Program-made: the position numbers and the translations under genes
In this document: positions 41,269 through 51,106 of the stretch, piece after piece
Layout of the letters: every line of letters starts with the position of its first letter
Numbering within the stretch: position 1 is the stretch's first letter
Assembly (NCBI GenBank): GCA_963837555.1
Contig: CAWINU010000009.1
Span: 12,277 to 76,276, forward strand
Reading direction: 5' to 3'
DNA: 64,000 bases
Origin: an uncultured Alphaproteobacteria bacterium
Lineage (GTDB): Bacteria > Pseudomonadota > Alphaproteobacteria > Micropepsales > Micropepsaceae
Notes under the pieces: generated by a model
Database searches by the model: none
What the model was told of the DNA's origin: nothing
What the model saw: only the letters and a program-made list of their open reading frames with translations

Positions 41269-41577
41269 TCAGTAAAATCGTGGAATGGGACCATTATGTG
41301 GAGTCATCTGATCCGAAAGATCAAACATTACCTCGTCAATGTAACACCAACCCCATCCCTCTGGCGGATCATAGCCTTCGATAATGGGATGTTTGGTCCG
41401 GTGGAAATGCTTGCGGGCATGCTTGTGCGGAGACGAATCGCAGCACCCCACATGTCCGCAGATTCTGCACAGCCGCAGATGCACCCACGCCGATCCGATC
41501 TTGAGGCACTCTTCGCATCCCAGAGCGCTGGGCGTGACTTTCCTGATTTCCGGAATGTGACTGCAGGTGTCGGTCAT
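41269..41577 (-). CDS. UBP-type zinc-finger protein
   Basis: CSH...GCEECL...WVHLRLCRICGHVGCCDSSPHKHARKHF...WGWCYIDE; ATGA overlap with the upstream gene. Confidence 0.92.
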   Translation of the reverse strand: MTDTCSHIPEIRKVTPSALGCEECLKIGSAWVHLRLCRICGHVGCCDSSPHKHARKHFHRTKHPIIEGYDPPEGWGWCYIDEVMFDLSDQMTPHNGPIPRFY

Positions 41578-43241
41578 GATGCTGCTTTCTCCAAATCCTG
41601 ACGCTGAAGCGTTGCGAGATAGGCGTGCAGAGCTGCAACCACTTGCGCGCCCTCGCCGACTGAGGCCGCAACGCGCTTGACCGAGCCGGAGCGCACATCG
41701 CCGATTGCGAAAATGCCCGGTCGGCTCGTTTCCAGTGCGAGCTGTCCCTCCTGCATCTTGTCGGTGCGGATAAATCCCTTGCCGTCGAGTTCGACGCCGC
41801 AGCCCGCCAGCCAATCGGTATTGGGTTCGGCGCCGATGAAAAGAAACAGATGCTTGATCGCGCGCCGGGTTTCATCTTCCGCGCCGCGCTTGCGCCAGCG
41901 CACGGCCTCCAGATTTCCGCCCTGTCCTTCCAGTGCGCTGACTTCGGTGTTCGTCAACACCTCGATATTGGGCTGGGCCGCAATGCGATCGACAAGATAG
42001 CGGGACATTTTCGCTTCGAGATTTGGCCCACGCGCCAGAAACCAGACCTTGGCGGCGCGGCTGGCCAGATAGACCGCGGCCTGCCCGGCCGAATTGCCGC
42101 CGCCCACCAGCACCACTTCCTGGCCGTCGCACAGCGTGGCCTCCAGCGGCGAGGCCCAATAATGCACGGAGGTGCCCTCGAATTCGGAAAGATTGGCAAT
42201 GTCCAGACGGCGATAGCGCGCGCCACTGGCCACGATCACCGCTCGGGTATTGACCCGTTCGCCATTGATCAGATCCAGAACGAAATGGCCATTGCCGGCG
42301 TACAGCTTCCTGGCTTCATCGGGTATCATCATGTCGACGCCGAATTTCTGCGCCTGGTTGAACGCGCGCGCCATCAGCGCCATGCCCGATATGCCGGTGG
42401 GAAAGCCGAGATAATTTTCGATACGGGCAGAGGCGCCCGCCTGTCCGCCGAAAGACCGGCAGTCCAGCACCATCACGGAAAGTCCTTCGGAACCGGCATA
42501 AACGCTCGCCGCCAGTCCTGCGGGTCCGGCCCCCACAATCGCCACATCATAAAGTTTGTCGGGATCCACCGGCCGCACCAGACCCAGGCAGCGCGCCAGT
42601 TCGGTCTCGTCCGGATTGCGCAGCAACTGCCCATTCGGACACAGCACTATCGGCAATTGTTCGGCGTCAACCGGGAAGCGCTCCAATATCGTTTTGGCGG
42701 CCGGATCGGTGTCCGGATCCAGATGCTGAAACGGATGACCGTTGCGCCGCAGGAAACCCTCGAGGCGCAGCGTGTTGCCCTGGCTGGCGCGCCCGACAAT
42801 GACCGGGCCGCCGCCGCCGGTTTCGATCAGGCCGACCCGGCGCAGGATCAGCGCGCGCATAATGCGTTCCCCCAGTTCCGCCTCCGCCACCATCAGCGCG
42901 TGAATTCTTGCCGTCGGGATCAGCAGCGCTTCGACCGGACTGGTCACCTGAATGTCCACCAGCGACGGCCGGCCGGAAAGTTGCGCCAGTTCTCCGGTAA
43001 ACGACCCGGCGCCGTGATTGACAATGGGATCGCGCGTCGTGAATTCGTCGCGCTGCGTGACGATGGCGCTGCCGCTCAGAAGTATGAACATGCCCGGAAC
43101 GGACTGGCCGGTGGTCTGCAGATTGTCTCCGGCTTTGAAATTCCGCAATTCGCCGAACCGGCGCAGGCGATCGATTTCCTGGCTGTCGAGCACCGGAAAC
43201 ATCTGTTCCCGGCGCGTGTCGATAGTCTTTCCCGTCGCCAT
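41574..43241 (-). CDS. cNMP-binding-domain thioredoxin reductase-like FAD oxidoreductase
   Basis: N-terminal cNMP fold (FTGELAQLSGRPS), IVGAGPAGL, IENYLGFPTG, VGGGNSAGQ, GDVRSGSVKRVA. Confidence 0.92.
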   Translation of the reverse strand: MATGKTIDTRREQMFPVLDSQEIDRLRRFGELRNFKAGDNLQTTGQSVPGMFILLSGSAIVTQRDEFTTRDPIVNHGAGSFTGELAQLSGRPSLVDIQVTSPVEALLIPTARIHALMVAEAELGERIMRALILRRVGLIETGGGGPVIVGRASQGNTLRLEGFLRRNGHPFQHLDPDTDPAAKTILERFPVDAEQLPIVLCPNGQLLRNPDETELARCLGLVRPVDPDKLYDVAIVGAGPAGLAASVYAGSEGLSVMVLDCRSFGGQAGASARIENYLGFPTGISGMALMARAFNQAQKFGVDMMIPDEARKLYAGNGHFVLDLINGERVNTRAVIVASGARYRRLDIANLSEFEGTSVHYWASPLEATLCDGQEVVLVGGGNSAGQAAVYLASRAAKVWFLARGPNLEAKMSRYLVDRIAAQPNIEVLTNTEVSALEGQGGNLEAVRWRKRGAEDETRRAIKHLFLFIGAEPNTDWLAGCGVELDGKGFIRTDKMQEGQLALETSRPGIFAIGDVRSGSVKRVAASVGEGAQVVAALHAYLATLQRQDLEKAAS

Positions 43242-43323
43242 GCTCACCGTCCGATAACTGCGTACGTCCAAATATCGTACCGGCGGATCGGAATTTGTAG
43301 TAGCGATTTCCGCGCCAACCGTC

Positions 43324-45111
43324 CTAGGAGGTGTGCGCTGTCATCATTGCACGCAGCTGTGCGTCCATGGCGGCAAAGACGCTGTCCCAGTCGCCATGTT
43401 TTGGTTGGCGGAACAGGCGCATACCCGGATACCAGGGGCTGTCGCCGCGCTCCAGAAACCAGCGCCATTCCGGCACATGGCGCAAGGCTACCCAGGTCGG
43501 CCGCCCCAGCGCACCGGCCAGATGCGCAATGGACGTATCCGAGGTGATGACCAGATCGAGGTTCTCCATGACCGCCGCCGTGTCGACAAAGGCGTCGCCA
43601 CCGGCATCGAAATCCGCGCCCAGTTCCGCGACGGCAAAGCCCGCGTCTTTCAATTGTTCGCTGCCCTCGCCTTTTTGCAGGCTGATCAGGCGCACGCCTT
43701 TGATGGCGGCGAGTTTTTCAAAGTGCCGCAAATCCAGCGAGCGGCCGGCATCGATCTGCGCCTGCTTGTTGCCCTGCCAGGCAATGCCGATCTTGAAACC
43801 GTCTGCGCCGATCCTGCTGCGCCATTTGGCGACCAGCTCCGGTTCGGCGCGCAAATAGGACGGCTTGGCCGGGATAGTCTCCATGTTCGTTTTAAAAGCC
43901 ATCGGCAGACTGATCAGCGGCGTATAGCAATCGAACTGCGCGGGCGGGCCGCCGCTATTGCTGATCACGGTCACGCCGGGCGATAAATTCTTCAGCAGCC
44001 GCACCAGTTGATCCTGCACCAGCAGCATTACCTTGGCGCCTTTTTCAGCTGCCAGCGCCGCGTAACGGCTGAACAGGATGGTGTCGCCCAGCCCCTGCTC
44101 GAAATGCACGAACAGGGTCTTGCCCGCAATGTCGCTTTCACCCAGCCACAGCGGTTGGGCGTATTCCGGAAACACCACCGGCCCGAAATGTTTCTTGCGC
44201 CACTCATACAGCGGCCAGGCTTTTTCCAGCTGTCCTGTCAAAAGCGTGCACAGGCTCTTGTTCCAATAGGCCATCGCCAGTTGGGGCGCGAGCGCGAGCG
44301 CCCGGTCAAAGGCCTGCTGTGCTTCCTCGAAGCGGCCCAGCGCCTGAAGCACATTGCCGCGATTGTTATGGCCTGGCGCAAACCCGGGCTGCAGGCGGAT
44401 TACTTCGTCGAAACAGACCAGCGCTTCCTCTGTGCGTTGCGCATCGCGCAGTGCATTGGCCTTGTTGTAATAGCCCTCGTAAAAATCCGGCGCCAGAGCA
44501 ATGGCGCGGTCGAAACTTTCCAGCGCCTCCGGCACGCGCTTCAATTCCTGCAACACGGTGCCCCGGTTGCAATGCGCCAGCGGCAGCTCGGGATGCGCGG
44601 CCAGAACCTTGTCGAAGCGTTCCAGCGCCTCCTCATAGCGCTGCAAATTCTGCAGCATGATGCCCTGATAGATTCGCGCGCTGACATTGTCGGGCTGGAA
44701 TTTTTCGGCCTGCTCGAAGCTGCGCAATGCCTCCTCGAATTGCAGGAGATCGTTCAGCGCCATACCCTTGCCGTAATGGCCTTCGGCAAAATCCGGCTGC
44801 ACGCGAATGGCCTGCTGAAAACTTTCCAGCGCCGCCGCATAGCGCCCTGTCCGGTGTAGCACCTCGCCCTTGCTGCGCAGCGCCCAGACATTGTGCGGAT
44901 TGAGTTTCAGCGCGCGGTCGAAACTGGCCAGCGCCTGGTCGTATCTGTTCATGGCGGCCAGCGCGACACCGCGGTTGCAATGCACCTGCTCCAGCGCTGG
45001 ATTTTCCTGCAAAATGGAATCGTACAGTGTCAGCGCTTCGGCCAGCTGCCCGCCGCTATGATGTTTGACGGCCTTGGCATACTGCGCCGCGAGAATATTG
45101 GGATTGATCAT
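43324..45111 (-). CDS. TPR-repeat protein with C-terminal GT9-like glycosyltransferase domain
   Basis: About 8 TPR repeats, then YEWR, EQGLGDTILFSRY, IGIAWQGN, LDLVITSDTSIAHLAGALG, DSPWYP. Confidence 0.9.
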   Translation of the reverse strand: MINPNILAAQYAKAVKHHSGGQLAEALTLYDSILQENPALEQVHCNRGVALAAMNRYDQALASFDRALKLNPHNVWALRSKGEVLHRTGRYAAALESFQQAIRVQPDFAEGHYGKGMALNDLLQFEEALRSFEQAEKFQPDNVSARIYQGIMLQNLQRYEEALERFDKVLAAHPELPLAHCNRGTVLQELKRVPEALESFDRAIALAPDFYEGYYNKANALRDAQRTEEALVCFDEVIRLQPGFAPGHNNRGNVLQALGRFEEAQQAFDRALALAPQLAMAYWNKSLCTLLTGQLEKAWPLYEWRKKHFGPVVFPEYAQPLWLGESDIAGKTLFVHFEQGLGDTILFSRYAALAAEKGAKVMLLVQDQLVRLLKNLSPGVTVISNSGGPPAQFDCYTPLISLPMAFKTNMETIPAKPSYLRAEPELVAKWRSRIGADGFKIGIAWQGNKQAQIDAGRSLDLRHFEKLAAIKGVRLISLQKGEGSEQLKDAGFAVAELGADFDAGGDAFVDTAAVMENLDLVITSDTSIAHLAGALGRPTWVALRHVPEWRWFLERGDSPWYPGMRLFRQPKHGDWDSVFAAMDAQLRAMMTAHTS

Positions 45112-45164
45112 TCAGGGCTCCGCTCGCGTGACAGGGCTCGCCAGCCTGCGCTCGCGGCGCAGGA

Positions 45165-45249
45165 TGGTGCCCGAGGTCGGAATCGAACCGACACACCTTG
45201 CGGTACCGGATTTTGAGTCCGGCGCGTCTACCAGTTCCACCACTCGGGC
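45165..45249 (-). tRNA. tRNA-Leu(CAA)
   Basis: Reverse complement GCCCGAGTGGTGGAACTGGTAGACGCG-CCGGA-CTCAAAA-TCCGG-...GTTCGATTC...CTCGGGCACCA; 85 nt. Confidence 0.97.
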
Positions 45250-45306
45250 ACTTTATATATCGCTGGCGGCGAACGCGGCGGGACTATAGCGGCGAGACCG
45301 GTCCGG

Positions 45307-45972
45307 TCAACGGCCAAAAATGCCGGAAAGCGCCGAGAAATCCGTCTGATTGCGGGCAAGCGCCGCAACCGGCACGCCGTCGGCAAACCGGGCCAGGCTT
45401 TCCACCGTTTCCGCCAGCGGCACGGTCGAGCCTTCGCTTTCATTGACTGCCACCGCCACCGGCGTCTGCCCGGCGCGCTTGAGCACCTCCAGCGCGCTCA
45501 GGGCATGGCTGATGGTGCCGAGATAACTTCCGGTCACCAGCACCACCGGAATATTCAGCGCCGACATCCAGTCCAGCACGGTAAATCGCAGATCGAGCGG
45601 CACCATCACGCCGCCTACGCCCTCGATCAGCAGCGTGCCATTGGCCTGCGCAATCGCCTTGCGCGAAAAATCCACCAGCGCGCCGAAATCGATCCGCCGC
45701 CGCTCGCGCAATGCCGCCATGTCGGGTGAAAGCGGCTCCCTGAACCGCCAGGGCGAAATCCGCGCGATGCTGTCCTGCGTTACGGCCTCGCCCATGGCCT
45801 CCAGCAACAAAGCGGAATCCGATTGCGGGACATTGGTCTCGTCCAGTCCGCTGATCACCGGCTTAAGGGCCGAAACCGGCCTGCCCTGTCCGCGCAAATG
45901 GCGGATGAGACCGGCCGTGACATAGGTCTTTCCAATACCGGTACCGGTTGCAGTAATGAAATAGGCGCTCAT
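45307..45972 (-). CDS. bioD: dethiobiotin synthase
   Basis: FITATGTGIGKT, KPVISG, LSPDMAA, IEGVGGVMVPL, LGTISH. Confidence 0.95.
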   Translation of the reverse strand: MSAYFITATGTGIGKTYVTAGLIRHLRGQGRPVSALKPVISGLDETNVPQSDSALLLEAMGEAVTQDSIARISPWRFREPLSPDMAALRERRRIDFGALVDFSRKAIAQANGTLLIEGVGGVMVPLDLRFTVLDWMSALNIPVVLVTGSYLGTISHALSALEVLKRAGQTPVAVAVNESEGSTVPLAETVESLARFADGVPVAALARNQTDFSALSGIFGR

Positions 45973-47103
45973 GGCATCACCGTGCGCACGGCCTCGGCCA
46001 GCCGCGCAATATCCGCATCGTCATGCGCGGCGGTAAAGGCAAACCGCAAGCGCGCGGTTCCGTCCGGCACCGTCGGCGGGCGGATGGCGACCACCAGAAA
46101 TCCGGCATCTTCCAACTGCTGGGCCGCCTTCAGCGCCGCCTCCGGTTCGCCCAGCACCAGCGGCACAATCGGGCTTTGCGCCACAGGCAGGTTCAGCGCC
46201 CGCGTGAACGCCCGCGCCTTGGCCAGCGGCTGCGCCGTCAGCGCCTTGTCCTTATTTATAATGTCCAGCGCGGCGATGGCGGCGCCCACGCTGGCGGGCG
46301 GCAGCGCGGTGGAATAGATCAAGTGTCCGCGCCCGCGTCTTGATTAGATCGATCACTGGCCTGGAAGCGCAGACATAGCCGCCATACGAGCCAATCGCCT
46401 TGGACAGCGTCCCCATCTGCAGATCGATTTGCGGATTGCCCGACCCGCGCCCGTCATTCAGCACGCCGATGCCATGGGCATCATCGGTCATCAGCCAGGC
46501 GTCATATGATTTGGCCAGCGCCACAAGCGCGTCCACCGGCGCCAGATCGCCGTCCATGGAAAACACGCCGTCGGTCACGATCAGTGCGTGGCGATAGCTG
46601 CCGCCCATCGTTTTCAGCAGTTCTTCGGCGTGTCGCACATCATTGTGCCGGAACGTCCGCATCGTCCCGCGCGACAATTGCGCGCCCGCCCACAGGCAGG
46701 CATGCGAGAACTCGTCGATCAGCACCAGATCGTCCGGCCCGATCAGAACCGGAATAATTCCGGCATTGGCGAGATAGCCCGACCCGAATACACAGGCCGC
46801 CTCCGTTCCCTTCAGCGCCGCCAGCTTTTGTTCCAGTTCGGCGTAGAGCGGATGATTGCCCGTCACCAGCCGCGAGGCCCCGCCGCCCACGCCATACTTC
46901 AATAATGCCGCGGCGGCCGCGCCCTTCACGCCGGGATGATGGGTGAAATTGAGATAATCGTTGCAGGAAAAGGACAAAAGCCGTTTCCCGCCCCGCTCCA
47001 CCCAGATGCCGTCTTCGCGCACGGTCTCGGCCAGCGTGCGGCGCAATTGCGCGACCTCCAGCCGGGCCAGCTTTTCTGCGGCGAATTCGTCCAGAGAAGA
47101 CAT
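45969..47103 (-). CDS. bioF: 8-amino-7-oxononanoate synthase, frameshift near 46320
   Basis: [42 protein letters not shown]; the C-terminus IYSTALPP...IRPPTVP is in another frame. Confidence 0.93.
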
Positions 47104-47161
47104 TGCTTGTGGACCCCTCCCCCCCGCTATAATGCGGGGAGTACCCTCAAAGGAAGTGCCC

Positions 47162-48139
47162 ATGAACGCCCCTGCCCCGCAATCACTCTTGGACAGCGTG
47201 CGTCATGACTGGACCCGCGCGGAAATCGCCGCGCTGTTCGCGCTGCCTTTTCCCGAACTGATCTGGCGCGCCCAGAGCGTGCACCGCCAGAATTTCGTTT
47301 CCAACGAGGTGCAGATCTCTACCCTGCTGTCGATCAAGACCGGCGGCTGCCCGGAAGATTGCGGCTATTGCTCGCAAAGTTCCGCCTTTGAGACCGGACT
47401 CAAGGCTTCCAAGCTGATGGATGTAACCGCCGTGCTGGCCGACGCCAGGGCTGCGAAGGATGCCGGCGCCACCCGCTTTTGCATGGGCGCGGCCTGGCGC
47501 TCGCCCAAGGACAAGGATCTGGACGCCGTCTGCCAAATGGTCGAAGGCGTTAAGGCGCTCGGCCTGGAAAGCTGCGTCACGCTCGGCATGCTCACCAAAC
47601 CGCAAGCCGAAAAATTGAAGGACGCCGGGCTCGATTACTACAACCACAATCTCGACACCTCGCCGGAATATTATAAGGACATCATCACCACCCGCATTTA
47701 TCAGGATCGTCTCGATACCCTGGAGCATGTCCGCGGCGCGGGTATCCATGTCTGCTGCGGCGGCATTGTCGGCATGGGCGAAAGCGCCGAAGATCGCGTC
47801 GGCCTGATCCATGCGCTGGCGACGCTGCCCGAACATCCAGAAAGCGTGCCGATCAACATGCTGATGCGCGTCGAAGGCACTGCACTGGGCGAGGCCGCGC
47901 CCATCGAGCCCCTTGATTTCGTGCGCACCATCGCGGTGGCCCGCATTACCATGCCAAAATCCATGGTGCGGCTGTCGGCGGGACGCGATGCCATGACCGA
48001 CGAAACCCAGGCCCTGTGTTTCCTGGCCGGCGCCAATTCTATTTTTTATGGCGAGAAACTGCTGACCACGCCCAACCCGGCCGAAAACCGCGACCGCCAG
48101 TTGCTGGATCGCCTCGGCATGCGGCCGATGCCGTTGTAA
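47162..48139 (+). CDS. bioB: biotin synthase
   Basis: [16 protein letters not shown] radical-SAM motif, [23 protein letters not shown]. Confidence 0.97.
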   Translation: MNAPAPQSLLDSVRHDWTRAEIAALFALPFPELIWRAQSVHRQNFVSNEVQISTLLSIKTGGCPEDCGYCSQSSAFETGLKASKLMDVTAVLADARAAKDAGATRFCMGAAWRSPKDKDLDAVCQMVEGVKALGLESCVTLGMLTKPQAEKLKDAGLDYYNHNLDTSPEYYKDIITTRIYQDRLDTLEHVRGAGIHVCCGGIVGMGESAEDRVGLIHALATLPEHPESVPINMLMRVEGTALGEAAPIEPLDFVRTIAVARITMPKSMVRLSAGRDAMTDETQALCFLAGANSIFYGEKLLTTPNPAENRDRQLLDRLGMRPMPL

Positions 48140-48148
48140 GAAGCCAAT

Positions 48149-48700
48149 ATGCCGTTCGAACCAAAAAGGTCAGCAATGACCATCAAAGAATCTTTAACGG
48201 CGCAACCTTGGCCTACCAGCGCGTCTCGAATAACTGACGGTCAGCGCAAACTATTCGCTCTTATAGGGCTCTATTTCGTCCACTGGAGTTCATTCGAGCT
48301 GGCGATGGATTTGGGCATAGCTAAACTCTGCAAATTATCTCACCCCGATGCAGTACGAAAAACAACCGGCTGGCAAATTTCAGAAAAAGTAAATTTGCTA
48401 ATTGAAAAATTAGAACAATCATCTTTTCCCAATAAGGATGAGATATTGCGCGTGCTGGAGACGTTACCTTCTGACTCTATTAGAAATGTCATTGCCCATA
48501 GCTATATGAGATTTGGCGACAACAACGTTATTTTTGTTCATCGCAATAGAAAAGGACACATACGACGCGTTGAACTCACGTACATGGAATTGCTGCAACA
48601 CCTTGCCGCCGTCTCCAGTTTAGCAAGTGCTCTTGAATTGCACCTAAACAACACAGAAAACGAATTAGAGAGCTATTTTTCTGCGGCTGAAACCACATAA
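48149..48700 (+). CDS. AT-rich hypothetical protein with an R-X4-H (HEPN-like) motif
   Basis: 183 aa, visibly lower GC than flanking genes; LIGLYFVHWSSFE and IRNVIAH. Confidence 0.65.
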   Translation: MPFEPKRSAMTIKESLTAQPWPTSASRITDGQRKLFALIGLYFVHWSSFELAMDLGIAKLCKLSHPDAVRKTTGWQISEKVNLLIEKLEQSSFPNKDEILRVLETLPSDSIRNVIAHSYMRFGDNNVIFVHRNRKGHIRRVELTYMELLQHLAAVSSLASALELHLNNTENELESYFSAAETT

Positions 48701-48702
48701 CC

Positions 48703-48798
48703 GTGAAACCCGGTCGCCTTGAAGCCTTCAGTGACGGCGCCGTTGCCGCCATCATCATTTCCATCATGCTGCTGATGCTGAAGGTGCCGCAAGGCTAG
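48703..48798 (+). pseudogene. truncated copy of the 5' end of the TMEM175 gene
   Basis: VKPGRLEAFSDGAVAAIIISIMLLMLKVPQG-stop aligns with MKPNRLEAFSDGVLAIIITIMVLELKVPHG at 51107; both share GAAGCCTTCAGTGACGGCG. Confidence 0.85.
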
Positions 48799-48875
48799 AA
48801 AAGGCATGCAACCAGGACAGCGTAGGCCCGTGAACGACAGCAAATGGACGCGAAACGCGGACCGACCACATAAAT

Positions 48876-49244
48876 TTACGATTTACTTTTGTTCGGAAAA
48901 GAAACCTCCAGCACTACGCAGCCATCCTGCGTTTTGAATGGACCATGCTCTTCGCCCGGCGGGCGGCTGCAATAATGACCGGCCTCCAGCCACATATCGA
49001 ACGCCGCGTCGTAGAGGCGTCCGCTGACAATGAAGATTTCTTCCGGATAAGCATGGCTCTTGCCCCCGAATGCGGACGTATCTGCCCCCGGGAGAAAACG
49101 TGTCAGTCGCGTATATTCTCCGGTCTCTTCATCAATGCTGAGGGTGAGCTCTACAGCCATATTTTCAAGGCCCGATACGGGCTGCCAGCGATTGCATTCA
49201 CTGGAAGCCAGAGTGTTCCAATAGGTCGTTGTTGATTTCGGCAT
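48876..49244 (-). CDS. ChrR-like cupin domain protein
   Basis: HAYPEEIFIVSG, RPPGEEHGPF. Confidence 0.88.
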   Translation of the reverse strand: MPKSTTTYWNTLASSECNRWQPVSGLENMAVELTLSIDEETGEYTRLTRFLPGADTSAFGGKSHAYPEEIFIVSGRLYDAAFDMWLEAGHYCSRPPGEEHGPFKTQDGCVVLEVSFPNKSKS

Positions 49245-49321
49245 GGCGGACGCCCTGGGAATTGGGATAGAAATGTATCATCCCGGTTTTGCCTTAGGTC
49301 CGACAAATAGGAATACAACCT

Positions 49322-49756
49322 TTGTCATTGCGACATAAGTATCAGGGGCACTGCCGCTGCGGAGCAGTATCTCTTACGCTGTATAGCGACCTACACGCGG
49401 GCCAATTCAAGCCGCGCTCGGATTTACACGCTTGCCAATTTTGCGCTGAAAACGATGGAGTTTGGATTTCCGATCCGAAGGGCTATTTGATTTTATCCGA
49501 TAGCGGCTCAACGCATATTGAGCGCAACGGTAGCGGGTCGGTCGAGTTTCATTTCTGCGATAAATGCAACGAACTCGTTTATGCTGCTTATCCAAATGGA
49601 TTGGGCGGCGTGTTCGCCGTTGCCCGGATAAACCTGTTTCCGGAAATTGCAAAGCAGGCTCAGGCCATTCAGCAAACAAATTTCAACGACGAGAAGAAAG
49701 AAACCGGGCATGCACGGCGCCTGAACAATTGGACGCCGCTTCAACCCGCCCCTTAA
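49322..49756 (+). CDS. GFA/CENP-V family zinc-binding protein
   Basis: YQGHCRCGAV, ACQFC, WISDP, FHFCDKC. Confidence 0.8.
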   Translation: MSLRHKYQGHCRCGAVSLTLYSDLHAGQFKPRSDLHACQFCAENDGVWISDPKGYLILSDSGSTHIERNGSGSVEFHFCDKCNELVYAAYPNGLGGVFAVARINLFPEIAKQAQAIQQTNFNDEKKETGHARRLNNWTPLQPAP

Positions 49757-49793
49757 ATTTCATAGAAACCGCGCACTTTAGGTCACGGTGATG

Positions 49794-49824
49794 CATCGCC
49801 GTGCAGGTTCTCTGCACGGCGATG
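49794..49824. terminator. hairpin between convergent genes
   Basis: 13-bp stem CATCGCCGTGCAG/CTGCACGGCGATG with a 5-nt loop; no clear U-tract. Confidence 0.5.
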
Positions 49825-49833
49825 GCGTAAGCG

Positions 49834-50883
49834 TCAGCCGGGACCGACGACGATCAGCGCATAAGACCCGGGCAAGGCGCCAGCGCGTCCGCCACGGCCC
49901 GGAGGCGTGCCTGCGGCAGGCGCGGCGTCGGGCGGCGGGGTCGGCGCGGGCTGCGACGACATCATATAAACAAGGCCCGTATTAGGATCGATCGTACCCG
50001 TACGCGCGCCACGCTGCGTTTCCACTTTCTGGATCACGGACGGATGCGCCGGATCGGCGACGGAAATAATATCCAGCTCGCCGCTGCCGGTGGGAATAAA
50101 GCCCAGATGGTTTTTGACGTCGAAGAACGCCGCATCGGCGCCCGTGGCTGTCGGCAGCGAGGCAACTTCCTGACCGGTGTCGGCGCGCAGGATTTTCGCC
50201 ATGCCGTCGCAGGCCGCCATCAGCAGCTTGTCCGGCGCATCATAGGCAAGCCCGGACGGGCCTTCGCAATCGGCCATCTTGTATTTCGTCAGCAGTTTGT
50301 CCGCCTTGGTATCGATCACCGCGACTTCGCCGGTGTCCTCGATATTGACGAACAGCTTGCCCTGGCCGTCGGCAACCGCGAATTCAAGCGTGCCGCCGAC
50401 AGGAATGGTCGCGGTCACCTTCAACGTTTTGAGATCGATGGCACTGACTTCGCCGCTGCTGTGATTGATGGCATAGACCTTTTTCGTCGCCGGATCATAG
50501 GCCGCGGCATCCGGATTTTTGCCCACCGGAATATCGGCCAGAATCTTGTCTGTCGGAATATCGATAATCCGCGCAATGCCGGGCGCGCCTTGCGTGATGA
50601 TGGCCATTGTGGTTCCCGGAATTGGCAGGGTGATGTGCCCGCCGCTGGCGCTGGTCAGCGTGCTGATCTTTCCACTCTTGATATCCAGCACCGACGTGCC
50701 CGTTGGTTGCGCGATATAGAGCTTGTTGGTGGCGGTATCGACAGTGGCATAGTCCCAGCGGCCGTCCGGCACAGAGATGCGATTGACGATTTTATAGGTG
50801 GCGGGCGCGGCAAGTGCCACGGCGCTGACGGCCGACAGCAGTGCAGCTACCGACATGCATTTTGCGAGGCGTTTGGATGTCAT
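49834..50883 (-). CDS. YncE-family secreted beta-propeller protein
   Basis: Signal peptide, GRWDYA, IPVGKNPDAAAYDP, LEFAVADG, CEGPSGLA, TQRGART. Confidence 0.88.
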   Translation of the reverse strand: MTSKRLAKCMSVAALLSAVSAVALAAPATYKIVNRISVPDGRWDYATVDTATNKLYIAQPTGTSVLDIKSGKISTLTSASGGHITLPIPGTTMAIITQGAPGIARIIDIPTDKILADIPVGKNPDAAAYDPATKKVYAINHSSGEVSAIDLKTLKVTATIPVGGTLEFAVADGQGKLFVNIEDTGEVAVIDTKADKLLTKYKMADCEGPSGLAYDAPDKLLMAACDGMAKILRADTGQEVASLPTATGADAAFFDVKNHLGFIPTGSGELDIISVADPAHPSVIQKVETQRGARTGTIDPNTGLVYMMSSQPAPTPPPDAAPAAGTPPGRGGRAGALPGSYALIVVGPG

Positions 50884-51106
50884 AAGGCGTCCCCTTGATT
50901 GCTGTGTTGATAGTGTTGGAGGGCGGCAAATATATGCCAGTGGGCAAAGGCAAATTTGTCGAAAGCGCAGAACCCTACTGCATCGGCAGGCGCATTTCGC
51001 CTGGAAAAGCGCGAAAAATGAAAAGCTTGAATAATTGTATACTTCTGCGGATAGCTTGCTTGAGCGTTTCCCGCCGCTGCCCCGGATAATACCCAAAGAG
51101 CGTTTC

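Noticed and set aside
41850-43547. 565-aa plus-strand ORF, and similar long ORFs at 30568-31908, 13823-14953 and 52671-54221
   Set aside because: Each lies opposite a confidently identified gene and has no protein-family features.
26646-45249. Genomic island or prophage bounded by the two tRNAs
   Set aside because: No integrase, no duplicated tRNA 3' end and no phage genes were seen, and the interval contains ordinary chromosomal genes (rlmJ, cytochromes, egtBD).
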